Below are positions 8,852-17,604 of a stretch of 64,000 bases of DNA, piece by piece. Each line of letters opens with the position of its first letter. Position 1 is the first letter of the stretch. The notes under the pieces are model-generated. The model saw only the letters and a list, made by a program, of their open reading frames with translations. It ran no database searches and was not told the DNA's origin. The translations under genes were made by a program, and so were the position numbers. This DNA comes from an uncultured Trueperaceae bacterium (GTDB taxonomy: Bacteria; Deinococcota; Deinococci; Deinococcales; Trueperaceae): positions 32,001 through 96,000 of the forward strand of contig CAWFFU010000010.1 in the NCBI GenBank assembly GCA_963815215.1. Reading direction: 5' to 3'.

Positions 8852-9964
8852 TCAACCCTTCAGGCCGCCCGATCCCTTCTCGCGGCGCGCGAGTGCGATG
8901 TCGTAGTTGATCATCCGCTCGACCAGGACGTCAAAAGGCAGGTCCGGATGCCAGCCGAGAACGCTGCGGGCCTTGCTGGCGTTGCCGGAGCGCTCGACGA
9001 AATATGACGTGTCTCGCGCGTTACCAAGCTCTTCCACATGGTGGCGCCAATCCAGGCCGAGTCGGCTGAACACCCGATTCACGAACCCCCTTGTCGTGTG
9101 GGCATCTCCCGTTGCGATGACGTAATCGTCCGCGCTGTCTTGCTGCGCCATCCGGGGCAGAGCAGCCACGTGATCTGCGGCGTAGCCCCACTCTCTCTTC
9201 AGGTCGAGGGTGCCCAGCGAAACGCGTGGTTGTAGTCCGAGCCTGATGCGCGTTGCCGCGCGCGTCACCTGGCGGCTGAGGGCGTCGCGTGATTGACGCT
9301 CACTCTCGTGATCGAACAGGATTGCCGTGCTGGCGTGAAGGCCATGAACCTCCCGGTATCGGATGACGATGTCCCAGGCCCCTGCCATCGCAACTGCTTG
9401 CGGCCCGTCGGGCCGGGTCGGCGACGCTTCCGTCAATGCCGTTCCTCCGGCACCGAAAACGTCGGCTGCCAGGCCTACGATGAGCTTCACGCGGCCTTGC
9501 TCCGCAGCCTCGTAGTCTCGGATCGCGCGAAGCCAGTTGTGTGTCACCGTCAGGACTGAAGCGTTACAGTCCGCGATGGGATGCTCCCCCGCGTTCGTAG
9601 CGAGAACATAGACTTCGCTCGGCTCCACGCGGGTGAGTAGGCGCCGTAGGGCTCGTTGCTCATGGTCTGGACTCGGATGAAGGGTCGTTGCGGCGCACGC
9701 TTGCCGGCTGGAAGCACCCAGGTTGTCGACACCGTCACTCCAAGGCGGGCGTGCGTGCGCCACGACTCCGTGAACCTCACATCCCTGGGCCGTCAGGAGT
9801 TCGACGAGGAAGGACGCGTCCTGTCCGCCCAGACCCGAGACGACGGCTCGCCGTGGCGTGTTCGCTTCGTAGGGTTCATTGCTTCGCAATCGACGCCTCC
9901 GGGATACGTGTTGCCGCTGATTCACGGTAAGTGTCTCGTGGGAGGCGCGAGCCGATTGCTTCAC
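8852..9964 (-). CDS. GDP-mannose 4,6-dehydratase-like SDR, catalytic motifs degenerate
   Basis: GLGGQDASFL, ILFDHESER, LGTLDLKREWGYAAD, DDYVIATG match Gmd; YxxxK position reads QAVAM; start uncertain. Confidence 0.8.
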   Translation of the reverse strand: MKQSARASHETLTVNQRQHVSRRRRLRSNEPYEANTPRRAVVSGLGGQDASFLVELLTAQGCEVHGVVAHARPPWSDGVDNLGASSRQACAATTLHPSPDHEQRALRRLLTRVEPSEVYVLATNAGEHPIADCNASVLTVTHNWLRAIRDYEAAEQGRVKLIVGLAADVFGAGGTALTEASPTRPDGPQAVAMAGAWDIVIRYREVHGLHASTAILFDHESERQSRDALSRQVTRAATRIRLGLQPRVSLGTLDLKREWGYAADHVAALPRMAQQDSADDYVIATGDAHTTRGFVNRVFSRLGLDWRHHVEELGNARDTSYFVERSGNASKARSVLGWHPDLPFDVLVERMINYDIALARREKGSGGLKG

Positions 9965-10219
9965 ATTCCTCGAAGGAGCCAGTGAGTACCAGGCTGATGG
10001 CCGGTCGACACGAACACGTCGGGCCCCGTGGCTCTATCGCAACAGGCAGCGTCCTCGGTGTAGAGATCCCACATGGAGCGGTGACCTCGGCCGATCGCAC
10101 GTCGACCATTCAAGCTCGTGGCAAGCGCCCGAGCACGGAGGCAGGTCACTGTGTCGGCGCAGCACGCTTCAGCCATAGGGCTCGGTGCTTGGCCATGCTG
10201 CGGGCTAGGGAACCGGCAC

Positions 10220-10574
10220 CGTGCGTCTACGCAGCGCTTGCCGAGGTGGCGCGATGAAAGCCACCCGACTCAAGGTCGATCTCGATGCCACCGCCGCCAG
10301 GCTGCAGCACGTGGGTCTCGAGCACGCCGTAGAGATGCTCGGCGAAAGGCTGGCGGAGGGGGTGAAGACCGAGGCCTCCACGCACGCCTTCCTCGACCGC
10401 TTGCTCGACGACGAGCGCGCCTTCCGCGAGGAACGCCGCGTCCGCACCCGCCTTGGGCTCTCCGGCCTCCCCACCGGCGACGAAGTCATGGCCACCGCCA
10501 TCCTCGACCGCCGATCTGCGCTAGAGTCCGGCGTGCAAGCCGGTGTGGCACGCCGTGTAGGAGGGAACTCATGA
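10220..10574 (+). mobile_element. istB: IS21-family remnant: last codons of istA plus internally deleted istB
   Basis: VYAALAEVAR* overlapping the ATG at 10254; FLDRLLDDERAFREERRVRTRLGLSGLP joined directly to GDEVMATAILDR; Walker motifs missing. Confidence 0.75.
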
Positions 10575-11683
10575 ACGTCAGCGACGGTGTTCTGCTCCTG
10601 GTGGTGCTGGGGTTCGCGTGGAACCTCGGCGCGCACTATACCGGCGCGACCATGGGAATGCCCTACGCCGCGCGCTCGGTTGCGTTGTGGCCGGCGTTGG
10701 CGATCGTCGCGTTCTTCGCCCTACTCGGGGCGACGACCATCAGCGGCCGCGTCGAAGAGACCGTGGGGCTGCACCTCATCGCGGATCAAGCCGTAGGGAC
10801 GGTGACCGCTATCGTGATCGTTGCTTCGGCGGGCGTCCTCACCGCGGTCTTCAACTTCCTTCGGCTGCCCACGTCCACGATCCAGATCCTCGTGTTCTGC
10901 GTCATCGGTGCTGCCAGCGGCGCAGGCCTGCCGGTCTACTGGCCGACCCTCGCTAGGCTCGCCGGTGTCTGGGTGGCGGCGCCCATCGCGGCCTTCGGGC
11001 TCGGCTTCGTCCTCACCCGCTTGCTCGACCTGGTCGTCCCGCGTCACGCGGCGAATGTCCAGGCCCTCCGACAGCTCGAAGCGGTCGATGCTCCATCGGT
11101 CTCGCGCGGCGGTATCGCCGCCTGGTTCCCGGGCGCCACGCTTGCCCTCCCGGCCGAGGTTCAGCGTGAGGCCGAGCGTGAGCACAGCCGACGGCCGAGG
11201 ATCGCCGTCGCCGCTCTCCGCCTGCTGCCGGTGCTCCTCATCGTGGTGGGCGTGGCGGCGTCCTTCGTGATGGGCGGAAACGATGTCGCCAACGCCACCG
11301 GAGCGCTCATCCTGGTGCACCTGTTCAGCACCCACGTCGCCGGTGCTATCGGCGGTGCTGCCATGTTCGTGGGTGCCCTCACCTGGGGCCGGCGCATCCT
11401 TGAGCGCGTTGCGTTCGACGTCGTCGAGATGGACCTCGCCATGGCCAGCGCCGCCCAAGGCGTGCAGGCCCTCGTGGTCGTCCTCGCCGTCAGCCAAGGC
11501 CTGTTCACCTCCATGAACCAGGCCCTCATCGCGGCCATGGCCGGAACGGGGCTCGCCCGCGGTCGCGAGACCGTCAAGCGACGCCAGCTCTACGGCATCC
11601 TGCGCGGCTGGCTCATCGGCCCTGCCGCCGGCTTCCTACTCGCCTACCTCGCTGAACTCCTGGCTCGCGGCCTGGGCGCCTGA
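10571..11683 (+). CDS. PiT family inorganic phosphate transporter
   Basis: GGNDVANA signature, LPTST, multiple TM helices; GGAGGG RBS. Confidence 0.8.
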   Translation: MNVSDGVLLLVVLGFAWNLGAHYTGATMGMPYAARSVALWPALAIVAFFALLGATTISGRVEETVGLHLIADQAVGTVTAIVIVASAGVLTAVFNFLRLPTSTIQILVFCVIGAASGAGLPVYWPTLARLAGVWVAAPIAAFGLGFVLTRLLDLVVPRHAANVQALRQLEAVDAPSVSRGGIAAWFPGATLALPAEVQREAEREHSRRPRIAVAALRLLPVLLIVVGVAASFVMGGNDVANATGALILVHLFSTHVAGAIGGAAMFVGALTWGRRILERVAFDVVEMDLAMASAAQGVQALVVVLAVSQGLFTSMNQALIAAMAGTGLARGRETVKRRQLYGILRGWLIGPAAGFLLAYLAELLARGLGA

Positions 11684-11797
11684 CACGTCGCAGCTTGCGC
11701 GCCCACCGCGCCTGCATCGCCCGTGAGACGGGCCGGCTCCGGGCACCGGGAGAAGGTCGACTGGCGCCGGCGAAGCATCCTATGTCGGGCGCGCCGT

Positions 11798-13972
11798 TCA
11801 GATCGAGGCATGGGCCTCCCGCGTGGCCGCTCCTCGGCTGGTGAGTGCGGTGACCTGCCGAGGGGGCCGCAGCAGCCTGGCGGAGTTGGCCATGATGCCC
11901 AGGTCCGGCAGCGACTGCAGCGCTGCGGCGTAGATCGGGGGTAGCAGGCCGAGCGCGGCGAGGGTGAGGCCGGCGGCGTTGTAGACGATGGTGAAGCCGA
12001 TGTTGAGGCGCACCACGCGCATGGTGCGGCGAGCGGTGCGGATCAGTTCGGGGAGGCGACCGAGGTCGTCGTTCATGAGTGCGACGTGGGCGACCTCGAG
12101 GGCGATGGGGCTGCCGGCGGCGCCCATGGCGATGCCGATGTCGGCCTGGGCGAGGGCCGGGGCGTCGTTGACGCCGTCGCCGACCATCACGACGGTGTGA
12201 CCGCGCGCCTGGTACCGCTTCACCGCGTCCACCTTGTCGCTGGGCAGGAGGCCGGCATGCGCGGTGATGCCGAGGTCCCGGACCAGCGCTTCGGCGGTGG
12301 CGGGATGATCGCCGGTGAGGACCTCGACGTGCCGCATGCCGAGCGCGCGAAGGGCGGCCACCGCTGCGGGCGCTTCGCTGCGGGGCGCGTCACGTGCGGC
12401 CAGGATGCCCACGGGCACCCCGTCGACGAGCACGTGGAGGAGAGTCTTGCCCTGGTCCTGCAGCGGTCCGGCGGGGGCCGGCGGCTCACGGCCGTCGAGC
12501 AGCTGGACCGAGCCGACGCTCACGAGCCGGCCGCCGATGGTGGCGTGCACGCCGAGCCCCGGCACGGCCTCGAAGGTCTCGGGTGCGACGAGGGGGATCC
12601 CACGCTCTGTGGCCGCGCGCCGGACGGCTTCGGCGAGGGGGTGCTCGCTGTCGCGTTCGGCGCTCGCCGCCAGGCGCAGCAACTCGGTTTCGGGGAGGGC
12701 GCCGAGCGGCAGCACGTCGGTGAGTTCGGGCTCGCCCCTGGTGAGGGTGCCGGTCTTGTCGAGGAGCACCGTGTCGGCGCGGGCCAGCGCCTCGATGACG
12801 AGGCCACCGCGGATGAGGAGGCCGCGTTTGGCGGCGGCCCCGACCGTGGCCAGCATCGCCACGGGCGTAGCCAGCGCGAACGCGCAGCTGCAGGCGACCA
12901 CGGTGACGGCGACGGCGGCCAGGAGGTCGCCACGGAGCGCGTAGGTGGCGAGCGCGATGACCGCAACGACCGGCAGGTACCAGGTGGCGAAGCGATCGCC
13001 CAGGCGTTGCGTGCGCCCGCGGTTCGCTTCGGCTTCCTCGACCAGTCGCACGGTATGTCCGAAGGCGGTGTCGGCCCCGACGCGCTCGGCGCGGACGCGC
13101 AGGCTGCCGAGCTGCGCCAGGGTGGCGGCGAAGACCTGCACGCCCGGCTCCGCCGCGAGCGGTGCGCTCTCGCCGGTGATGCTGGCCTGGTCGACGCTGG
13201 CGTGGCCGGCGAGGACCGTGCCGTCGACGGGGATGGCTTCCCCCGGCCGCACGATGACGACGTCACCGACGCACACCTGGTTCGCGGGCACGGTGATCTC
13301 TTGGCCGTTGCGGTCGAGGCGTGCGGTGGGAGGCGCCAGAGCGGCCAGGTCCCTCACGGAGCGCCGTGCACGCGCAGTCGTCATCCGCTCGGCGTAGTCG
13401 CCCACGCGCATGAAGAACACGACCAGCACGGCGGTCGGCCACTGCCCGACCACCAGCGCCGCGAGCGCGCCCATGCTCATCAGGGTGTGCGACACGATGC
13501 GGCCCCTGAGCGCGTTGCGCACCACGTTCACCCAGACGGGCCGCCCGAGCCCCAACGCCAGCAGGGCACCGACCCACCAGGGCACACGACCGGTCAACGA
13601 ACCGAACAGGCCCAACCCTTCGCCCACGACCAGCGCGAACAGCATCACGCCGAACAAGGCCCCCAGCAGGGTCAGCGCCCTCCGGCCCAGGCGGGCGGCC
13701 TGGTCGGCCTCCTCCGTGGCAGCGTCGCCCGCGCTCGGTGCAGGGGACCGGTAGCCGACACTCTCGATGGCCGCCCGCACGTGCGCGGCGCTGGCTCGCG
13801 AGGGGTCCAGCGTGACGCTTGCCTTCTCCGTCGCCAGGTACACCTCCACGGAGGCCACGCCGGGCACGTCCGCGATGGCGCCGCGGACCGTCGCCACACA
13901 TTGCGCGCAGTCCATCCCCAGGACCGGGATGTCGATGACTTCCCTGCGGCCCGCGGACGTTGCGTCAGGCAT
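11798..13972 (-). CDS. heavy-metal P1B-type ATPase with CSC motif
   Basis: GMDCAQC HMA domain, TGES, ACSCA, DKTGT, SEHPL, GDGVNDAP. Confidence 0.95.
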   Translation of the reverse strand: MPDATSAGRREVIDIPVLGMDCAQCVATVRGAIADVPGVASVEVYLATEKASVTLDPSRASAAHVRAAIESVGYRSPAPSAGDAATEEADQAARLGRRALTLLGALFGVMLFALVVGEGLGLFGSLTGRVPWWVGALLALGLGRPVWVNVVRNALRGRIVSHTLMSMGALAALVVGQWPTAVLVVFFMRVGDYAERMTTARARRSVRDLAALAPPTARLDRNGQEITVPANQVCVGDVVIVRPGEAIPVDGTVLAGHASVDQASITGESAPLAAEPGVQVFAATLAQLGSLRVRAERVGADTAFGHTVRLVEEAEANRGRTQRLGDRFATWYLPVVAVIALATYALRGDLLAAVAVTVVACSCAFALATPVAMLATVGAAAKRGLLIRGGLVIEALARADTVLLDKTGTLTRGEPELTDVLPLGALPETELLRLAASAERDSEHPLAEAVRRAATERGIPLVAPETFEAVPGLGVHATIGGRLVSVGSVQLLDGREPPAPAGPLQDQGKTLLHVLVDGVPVGILAARDAPRSEAPAAVAALRALGMRHVEVLTGDHPATAEALVRDLGITAHAGLLPSDKVDAVKRYQARGHTVVMVGDGVNDAPALAQADIGIAMGAAGSPIALEVAHVALMNDDLGRLPELIRTARRTMRVVRLNIGFTIVYNAAGLTLAALGLLPPIYAAALQSLPDLGIMANSARLLRPPRQVTALTSRGAATREAHASI

Positions 13973-14318
13973 GCCCTCGTACCTCGACTGCGCGGTAGTT
14001 CTTGCAGTCCCGAACGCCCTGTGCCGCGCTCGACAGCAGCTCCTCCGCCAGGTCTAGTACGGCGACCACCCGTGTGTCACTCAAGCTGTACACCACGGAT
14101 CGCCCATGGCGCTCGCACGTCACGAGCCCGCAGTCCTTCAAGCACGCCAGGTGGTTCGAAACGTTGGACTGCGACAACCCCGTGGCCTCCACCAGCTCCC
14201 CGACCGCTCTGGGACCGTCCCGCAAGCCCTCCACGATCGAAAGGCGTGAAGGGTCGGCGAACCCGCGGAAGAGCTTCGCCTTGAGAGCCACCTCGGTTGC
14301 CGATGTCGCCACGGCCAT
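13965..14318 (-). CDS. ArsR/SmtB metalloregulator (CmtR-like)
   Basis: LFRGFADPSRL, SQSNVSNHLACLKDCG, C-terminal Cys; overlaps the ATPase start. Confidence 0.92.
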   Translation of the reverse strand: MAVATSATEVALKAKLFRGFADPSRLSIVEGLRDGPRAVGELVEATGLSQSNVSNHLACLKDCGLVTCERHGRSVVYSLSDTRVVAVLDLAEELLSSAAQGVRDCKNYRAVEVRGHA

Positions 14319-14327
14319 GGCGCTTTA

Positions 14328-14345
14328 TATCATCCAAGGCTGATA
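14328..14345. promoter_or_regulatory. candidate ArsR operator
   Basis: TATCA-N8-TGATA inverted repeat in an AT-rich patch just upstream of arsR. Confidence 0.5.
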
Positions 14346-14675
14346 AGGCCCTGGGCGCCAGACGGCCCACGAAGGGTCGGACGGACGTGTCGACTTCGCG
14401 AAGCGCAGCGAGTTCAACGGATCAACGCAACAGCTGACGTGACGCTCGGGATTGGCACGCCCACGCCGGCGGCGTCGGCGGTGCGCGCAGGGCCAAGGCG
14501 CGAATGGGCGCTCGCTTCGCTCTGCGCCTGGTAGGCCGCGCGCCGAGCGGCGCGGTGCAGCCGACCCCGGCCGCGGGGGCCTGCTGCGTGAGGCCCAGAT
14601 CCTTTCGGCACCTGTCGCGCCCACGGTGGCGCAGCCACGCGTAGCCGGTAGGCTGAGCGGTGGAAGGAGCCTGAC

Positions 14676-15521
14676 ATGGCGCACGCCAGCGACGACAACC
14701 GTGTCCCCCTGGAGCCGTACCGTGTGGTGCCCGGCGGAGCCCCTGCGCTACGGGAGCGCGACGCCGGGGACACCGGCCCGTTCGACTCCGACCACGACGG
14801 CAAGAAGCTCGGGAAGCGTCGCCGCAAGGCTCTTCGCAAGCGGCTCGCAGCGCTGCAGCGATTGTTCTATGCCGACGGCCGTTATTCGGTGCTCGTGGTG
14901 CTGCAGGCCATGGACACCGGGGGCAAGGACAGCACCGTCCGCCGCGTGTTCCACGGCGTCAACCCGCAGGGGGTCGACGTCACCAGCTTCAAGGCGCCGA
15001 CCTCCGAGGAGCTGGCGCACGACTTCCTGTGGCGCGTGCACCGTCACGCACCGGCGGCAGGCCGCATCGCGGTGTTCAACCGCTCGCACTACGAGGACGT
15101 GCTGGTGGCGCGGGTCGAGGGGCTGGTGCCGGAAGCGGTGTGGCGGCCGCGCTACCAGATCATCCGCGAGTTCGAGGCCGCGCTCGCGGAAGCCGGCACG
15201 GTCGTCTGCAAGTTCTTCCTGCACATCGATGCGGACGAGCAGAAGGAACGTTTGCAGGAGCGGCTGGACGATCCCGACAAACGCTGGAAGTTCGACGAGT
15301 CGGACCTCCGGGACCGGGCGCTGTGGGACGAGTACGTGGACGCCTACGAGGAGGCTCTGGCGCGCACCAGCACGGACCGGGCGGTCTGGACGGTGGTGCC
15401 CGCCAATCGTAAGTGGTTCCGGGACGTCGTGGTCCTCGAGACGCTCGTCGACGTCTTGGAGTCGCTGCAGCTCCGCTATCCGCCGCGGACCGGTGACCTA
15501 GAAGGCATCGTGGTGGAGTGA
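14676..15521 (+). CDS. ppk2: polyphosphate kinase 2 family protein
   Basis: LQAMDTGGKD, FKAP, FNRSHYEDVL, VPANRKW. Confidence 0.95.
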   Translation: MAHASDDNRVPLEPYRVVPGGAPALRERDAGDTGPFDSDHDGKKLGKRRRKALRKRLAALQRLFYADGRYSVLVVLQAMDTGGKDSTVRRVFHGVNPQGVDVTSFKAPTSEELAHDFLWRVHRHAPAAGRIAVFNRSHYEDVLVARVEGLVPEAVWRPRYQIIREFEAALAEAGTVVCKFFLHIDADEQKERLQERLDDPDKRWKFDESDLRDRALWDEYVDAYEEALARTSTDRAVWTVVPANRKWFRDVVVLETLVDVLESLQLRYPPRTGDLEGIVVE

Positions 15522-15540
15522 GTCGGTCGACCAACACGGC

Positions 15541-15606
15541 ATGGTCGAACTCGACTTCGTCCGGCCGCAGTTCCGACCCCTGGTGGGCGACTGGGTGTAC
15601 CTCGAC
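15541..15606 (+). pseudogene. 5' fragment of a cysteine desulfurase-like gene
   Basis: MVELDFVRPQFRPLVGDWVYLD aligns with MLDLDFVRSQFPALAGEWTYLD at 51595. Confidence 0.7.
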
Positions 15607-15779
15607 AGGGTCACTGCGTCGGCCGCCCTCTCGCGGCGACATGGAGCCTGTAGAACTACACCTCGACCGCGTGCGCCGGAGGGACCGCGGAGCGGCCCCT
15701 TCCCGATCGCTCTACCTCTGCGCGTCTTGGGCGACGGTTGGGATGCCAAGGGACGAGGCGGGAAGCGCCTAGGGCCATG

Positions 15780-15822
15780 CACACGCGAGGGGTCACGGGT
15801 TCAAATCCAGTACCGCCCACCA
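15780..15822 (+). mobile_element. 3' half of tRNA-Val(CAC), att-like scar 1
   Basis: CACAC-GCGAG-GGGTC-ACGGG-TTCAAAT-CCAGT-ACCGCCC-A-CCA; no 5' half upstream. Confidence 0.8.
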
Positions 15823-15846
15823 CAGAGATGGCGTCACAGACGCGAA

Positions 15847-15886
15847 CGCCGTCACCCCACCGATCGAGGTGGCGGCGCGTTGTCTT
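15847..15886 (+). terminator. hairpin/terminator after tRNA fragment 1
   Basis: CGCCGTCACC...GGTGGCGGCG followed by CGTTGTCTT. Confidence 0.4.
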
Positions 15887-16101
15887 GGCGTGACAGGCAA
15901 TGGACAGCCCATCTCGCAGGGCATCCGCGACTACTGCCGCGGCCCACCATGCCGTCTAGCCCGATAACGCTTGTTGCCGTGGCAAGCGAAGGACCTGTGC
16001 TATGTTCCGTAGCGCCTTTCGCATCTTCGTGGAGGCGCGCCGGTCGGCGCGCGGGCGTTGTGGTGTCGGGCCGTCGGTAGAGGGCCCCGAGGGAGGAAAC
16101 C

Positions 16102-17421
16102 GTGGTCTCGCGTCTTCGATTCGTGAGCGTTGCTGCTGCCTTCGTTGTGCTGGTGCTGCTGATGGCCGGCTGTAGTCAGCCGAGTCCGAGCGTCTCTGCC
16201 TTCTCGGCAAGCGACGCGTTTCTGTCTAGTTTCGGGGGGGCCACCACCCTTAGCTGGAGCGGCAGTGACGTCACCGACTACAGCTTGAGCGTGAGCCCCA
16301 GCGCCGGCGTGAAGATCAACGGCAGCGCCTACACGGGCCCGGCAGATCTCGGCACCAGCACCAGCGCGACCGTGAGCTTCCCGAGCAACCCCAGCCCCAG
16401 CAATTTCGACTACATCGTCACCATCACCGCCACCGGCAGCGGAAGCGCCCACACGGGCCCGGAGACAACGCCCGTCACGGTGGTGGGGCAGCACGCCACC
16501 GTGTACTCCAACTCGACGGGCAGCTACGGCTTCGACTACGTCGCTGGGGTGGCGGCAGACGGCGCCGGCGACATCTGGATCGTCAACGGCCTCGGGAACA
16601 GCTTGACGGAGTTGCCGGCCGGGAACTCCACGCACCCCACTGTCTACTCCGGCAGCAGTTACGGCTTCAACATCCCCGTGGGGGTGGCGGCGGATGGCAG
16701 CGGCAACATCTGGGTCACCAACCCCGGCGGGGCCAGCGTGACGGAGTTGCCGGCCGGGAACCCCACCAACCCCACTGTGTACTCCGGCTTCAACGGCCCC
16801 CGTGGGGTGGCGGCAGACGCTAGCGGCAACATCTGGATCACCAACAGCGGCGGGAACAGCGTGACGGAGTTGCCGGTCGGGAACCCCACCAGTCCCACTG
16901 TCTACTCCGGCAGCAGTTACGGCTTCGGCTACCCCTGGGGAGTGGCGGTGGACGGCAGCGGCAACATCTGGATCGCCAACAACGTCGGGAACAGCGTGAC
17001 GGAGTTGCCGGCCGGGAACCCCACCAGTCCCACCGTTTACTCCGGCAGCAGCTACGGCTTCAACTACCCCTCTGGGGTGGCGGTGGACGGCAGCGGCAAC
17101 ATCTGGATCACCAACAACAGCGGGGACAGCGTGACGGAGTTGCCGGCCGGGAACCCCACCAGCCCCACCGTCTACTCCGGCAGCAGCTACGGCTTGAACG
17201 GCCCCTGGGGGGTGGCGGTGGACGGGAGCGGCAACGTCTGGATCACCAACCACAGCGGGACCAGCGTGACGGAGCTGCAGGCCGGGAACCCCACCAACGC
17301 CATCACCTACTCCGACAGCAGCTACGGCTTCAACAGCCCACGTGGGGTGGCGGTGGACGGCAGCGGCAACGTCTGGATCGCCAACAACGGCGGGGACAGC
17401 GTGACGGAACTGTTGCATTGA
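16102..17421 (+). CDS. lipoprotein with Ig-like N-domain and 7 NHL (beta-propeller) repeats
   Basis: lipobox LLMAGC; GGAGG RBS; 7 copies of F-N-x-P-x-GVAVDGSGNIW. Confidence 0.9.
   Translation: MVSRLRFVSVAAAFVVLVLLMAGCSQPSPSVSAFSASDAFLSSFGGATTLSWSGSDVTDYSLSVSPSAGVKINGSAYTGPADLGTSTSATVSFPSNPSPSNFDYIVTITATGSGSAHTGPETTPVTVVGQHATVYSNSTGSYGFDYVAGVAADGAGDIWIVNGLGNSLTELPAGNSTHPTVYSGSSYGFNIPVGVAADGSGNIWVTNPGGASVTELPAGNPTNPTVYSGFNGPRGVAADASGNIWITNSGGNSVTELPVGNPTSPTVYSGSSYGFGYPWGVAVDGSGNIWIANNVGNSVTELPAGNPTSPTVYSGSSYGFNYPSGVAVDGSGNIWITNNSGDSVTELPAGNPTSPTVYSGSSYGLNGPWGVAVDGSGNVWITNHSGTSVTELQAGNPTNAITYSDSSYGFNSPRGVAVDGSGNVWIANNGGDSVTELLH
16501..17418 (+). repeat. 7 tandem coding repeats of about 135 bp
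   Basis: units start at 16501, 16642, 16777, 16900, 17035, 17170 and 17305 (unit 1 has +6 bp, unit 3 has -12 bp). Confidence 0.95.
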
Positions 17422-17604
17422 GGGTCCGTCCGTCGAGCAGGCCTGCGTAGTCTGCGGGCGGGCACGGCCGCCAACGCCCTTCCGACGGTATCCCGGCAGT
17501 TGGGCGGGGAAACGCGGTTCTGCACCGGGAGGGCCATCCCAAAGAATCCTGTCTCCGTCGGAATCTCGGGAAGACAGTGAACCCAGCGGGGGGCACTGAA
17601 GGGT

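Noticed and set aside
12086..14284. Long antisense ORFs (also 4831-6663, 34286-36298, 46793-48499, 60706-63522 and others)
   Set aside because: Shadow frames of real genes in high-GC DNA; no motifs, and the composition expected from reverse-strand codon bias.
16501..17418. CRISPR array
   Set aside because: The repeats are in-frame 135-bp coding units with no unique spacers and no cas genes; the same applies to 50236-51057.
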